A stretch of DNA of 64,000 nt from Planktothrix pseudagardhii (lineage in GTDB: Bacteria > Cyanobacteriota > Cyanobacteriia > Cyanobacteriales > Microcoleaceae), in assembly GCF_904830925.1 (NCBI RefSeq), contig NZ_LR882967.1, positions 3,362,106 to 3,426,105 of the forward strand, in the 5' to 3' direction. Each line of letters starts with the position of its first letter. Within the stretch, counting starts at the first letter, position 1. A model generated the notes under the pieces. It saw nothing but the letters and a program-made list of their open reading frames with translations, was not told the DNA's origin and searched no databases. Positions 62,367-64,000 of the stretch are shown here, piece by piece. Both the position numbers and the translations under genes were made by a program.

Positions 62367-63614
62367 CTACAAGTAGAGACGTGCCATGGCACGTCTGTAC
62401 GGGCTTCCAACTTCGACGGGGATAGCATCTGATAGAACAAAAGTTTTACCAGATGACTTACATCCCCTCAGATTGGCAGTGTCGCTAGTTCCTAACGACA
62501 GAATCCGCAAGGCTTCATTTTTGATATTAATTGAAGCATTTATATCTCGATCATGGAGAGTTTGGCAATTTTCACAAGTCCAACTTCTAATATCAAGGGG
62601 TAAACTACCCACTTGATTAAGGCAGACATTACAAGTTTTAGAAGAAGGGAAAAACCGATCAATTTCGATATAGGTTTTCCCTTCTTTTTCGGCTTTGTAC
62701 TTCAACATTGTACAGAACATTCCCCAACCACAATCACTAATTGCCTTAGCTAATTTAGGGTTTCTGACCAGATTCTTAACTGCCAGATCTTCTACAGCAA
62801 GTACAGACGTGCCATGGCACGTCTCTACGTTTTCGTTAACTATCTTGCGGGATAGCTTGTGCAGAAAATCTTCTCGGCAACGAGCGATTTTAGCGTGGAG
62901 TTTAGCAACTTTTAATCGGGCCTTTTGTCTACTATTACTCCCTTTTTGTTTACGAGATAATTTTTGTTGTTTTCGTTTTAAGTTGTGTTGATGTTTGGCA
63001 AAGTGTTTGAGGTTACTATATTTATCACCATCACTGGTAATTGCAAAATGGGTTAATCCTAAATCAATCCCAATCGCTTTTCCATTAGTTGATGAATTAG
63101 GTATTTCCTTGCCATCATCAACCAAGATGGATGCGTAGTATTTCCCGTCACGATTCTTTGAGATAGTAACGGTTTTAATTGTCCCCTCAAATTCTCGGTG
63201 GCGACGACAATAAATCAACCCAATCTTGCCGGGTAATTTCAGATAATCCCCTTCAAAGGTAACATTTTGAGGATAACTGATTGATTGTCTACCGTGTTTG
63301 GATTTGAATTGAGGTAATCTAGCCCGTTTTTCAAAGAAGTTTTTGTAAGCGGTAGATAAATTAAGAGCGACAACTTGTAAACATTGAGAATAGGCATCTT
63401 TTAACCAAGGATATTCCTTCTTCAGTTGAGGTAATAATCCTTGAATCGCTTTTCTTGATAACCCTTTTCCTGTTTGTTTATAAGTTTCTTGACACAAATT
63501 CAGGGCATAATTCCAATACCAACGACAACAGCCAAAGCTTTTGGCTAAGACAATCTGATGTTCAATCGTTGGATAGATTCGGAACTTATACCCTTGAAAC
63601 ATTATCGCTTTCAA
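62367..63614 (-). CDS. tnpB: TnpB (OrfB) RuvC-like RNA-guided endonuclease family transposase-accessory protein
   Basis: RuvC-I AIGIDLGLTHFAITSDG. RuvC-II LAVEDLAVKNL. Zinc finger CNVCLNQ...CENCQ. RuvC-III DRDINASINI. N-terminal FRIYPT motif. 415 aa. Confidence 0.85.
   Translation of the reverse strand: MKAIMFQGYKFRIYPTIEHQIVLAKSFGCCRWYWNYALNLCQETYKQTGKGLSRKAIQGLLPQLKKEYPWLKDAYSQCLQVVALNLSTAYKNFFEKRARLPQFKSKHGRQSISYPQNVTFEGDYLKLPGKIGLIYCRRHREFEGTIKTVTISKNRDGKYYASILVDDGKEIPNSSTNGKAIGIDLGLTHFAITSDGDKYSNLKHFAKHQHNLKRKQQKLSRKQKGSNSRQKARLKVAKLHAKIARCREDFLHKLSRKIVNENVETCHGTSVLAVEDLAVKNLVRNPKLAKAISDCGWGMFCTMLKYKAEKEGKTYIEIDRFFPSSKTCNVCLNQVGSLPLDIRSWTCENCQTLHDRDINASINIKNEALRILSLGTSDTANLRGCKSSGKTFVLSDAIPVEVGSPYRRAMARLYL
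62373..62400. repeat. 28-bp near-palindrome GTAGAGACGTGCCATGGCACGTCTGTAC at the tnpB 3' end
   Basis: 13/14-bp arms. An exact reverse-complement copy lies at 62801-62828 inside tnpB. Confidence 0.85.
62801..62828. repeat. Inverted copy of the 28-bp palindrome inside the tnpB coding sequence
   Basis: GTACAGACGTGCCATGGCACGTCTCTAC. Encodes VETCHGTSV immediately before the RuvC-II glutamate. Confidence 0.85.
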
Positions 63615-63902
63615 AACTATTAGATATAATCTAACATATTATTGTTAATTTTGTCGGGATTCACCGCTTAAAATTAACTTGGGGGAGTCCATGTAACCCA
63701 CACTGATTTGGTGGTTATCTTTTGGTGAGTGTGAAATTCAGTGTGGGACTTATCGCTCCCCCAAACCCCCTCGTCAGTTAAAATACTTAATCTTCTATTA
63801 TAGAATCAAGCTTAATCAGGTATATTGTAGAATAACTTGCAATATGTAGTCTGAGCATCACCAAGTATATACTTGCCGTTCAATCAACATTCCTTAATAA
63901 AT

Positions 63903-64000
63903 TATGACTATCACAGTCAATGTTCCAGAAGTACAAACTGAAACAAAACCAACTCTGAACACTTTACTGTTAATTCCCCTAGCAGTATTTATGTTGTCTC
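63903..64000 (+). CDS. Start of a hypothetical membrane protein (truncated by the window end)
   Basis: ATG at 63903 opens MTITVNVPEVQTETKPTLNTLLLIPLAVFMLS.... A hydrophobic stretch begins before the window ends. Confidence 0.3.

Larger units (their letters stand above)
62250..63790 (-). mobile_element. IS200/IS605-family (IS1341-type) tnpB-only element; boundaries approximate
   Basis: Intact tnpB with no tnpA. A structured inverted-repeat region 63681-63761 lies beyond the tnpB 5' end (left-end-like hairpin). Palindromes sit at the tnpB 3' end where the right end and omega-RNA would lie. Confidence 0.5.

Noticed and set aside
62386-62991. Plus-strand ORFs 62386-62616 and 62695-62991.
   Set aside because: They lie antisense to the intact tnpB gene.

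Overview
The window is cyanobacterial chromosome: it has HIP1 octamers (GCGATCGC, e.g. 845-852, 1539-1546, 8066-8073), STRR-like heptamer arrays, a phycobilisome linker-domain gene, cpcT, sqdB and pxcA. Overall it is AT-rich (~40% GC by eye), with two markedly more AT-rich islands.

Layout by coordinate:
- 1-10 kb: housekeeping and c-di-GMP signalling genes. These are a phycobilisome linker-domain protein, a VOC protein, a serine-recombinase homolog without its catalytic Ser, a REC-GGDEF, a disrupted REC-GGDEF-EAL, a MAPEG protein, an IS630 element abutting another GGDEF gene, and a Cys-repeat secreted protein.
- 11-21.3 kb: two tandem giant RTX/cadherin-like surface proteins (2155 and 1211 aa) with Pro-Thr linkers and perfect internal 285-bp repeats.
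- 21.8-42.4 kb: a P-loop protein bracketed by heptamer repeats, pxcA, a GAF protein, a 1794-aa double hybrid histidine kinase with an XRE regulator, an EgtB/FGE-like sulfoxide synthase, DUF1232, a DUF62 SAM-hydroxide-adenosyltransferase-family protein with a poly-Lys insert, rtcB with two palindromic operator-like sites upstream, a GNAT, a TPR protein and a lipoprotein.
- 42.4-52.0 kb: AT-rich island, the main candidate novel system. It holds three NB-ARC/STAND NTPases (one overlapping a Ser/Thr-kinase-TM-TPR gene, one HTH-NB-ARC followed by a separate TPR ORF, one truncated), a CHAP-peptidase-RTX secreted protein, a small secreted peptide ORF and a DUF218 gene.
- 52.1-54.0 kb: cpcT and sqdB.
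- 54.0-57.2 kb: a ~3.2-kb AT-rich insert bounded distally by a decayed duplicate of the sqdB 3' end. It carries two coupled small ORFs and a 656-aa membrane protein containing ~30 tandem 24-bp repeats encoding (ELELQRQQ)n.
- 57.2-64 kb: a KS-first single-module PKS (KS-AT-ACP-luciferase-like monooxygenase-TE) whose 5' side abuts an IS605-family tnpB-only element carrying paired 28-bp inverted palindromes.

No rRNA, tRNA or CRISPR array could be supported.
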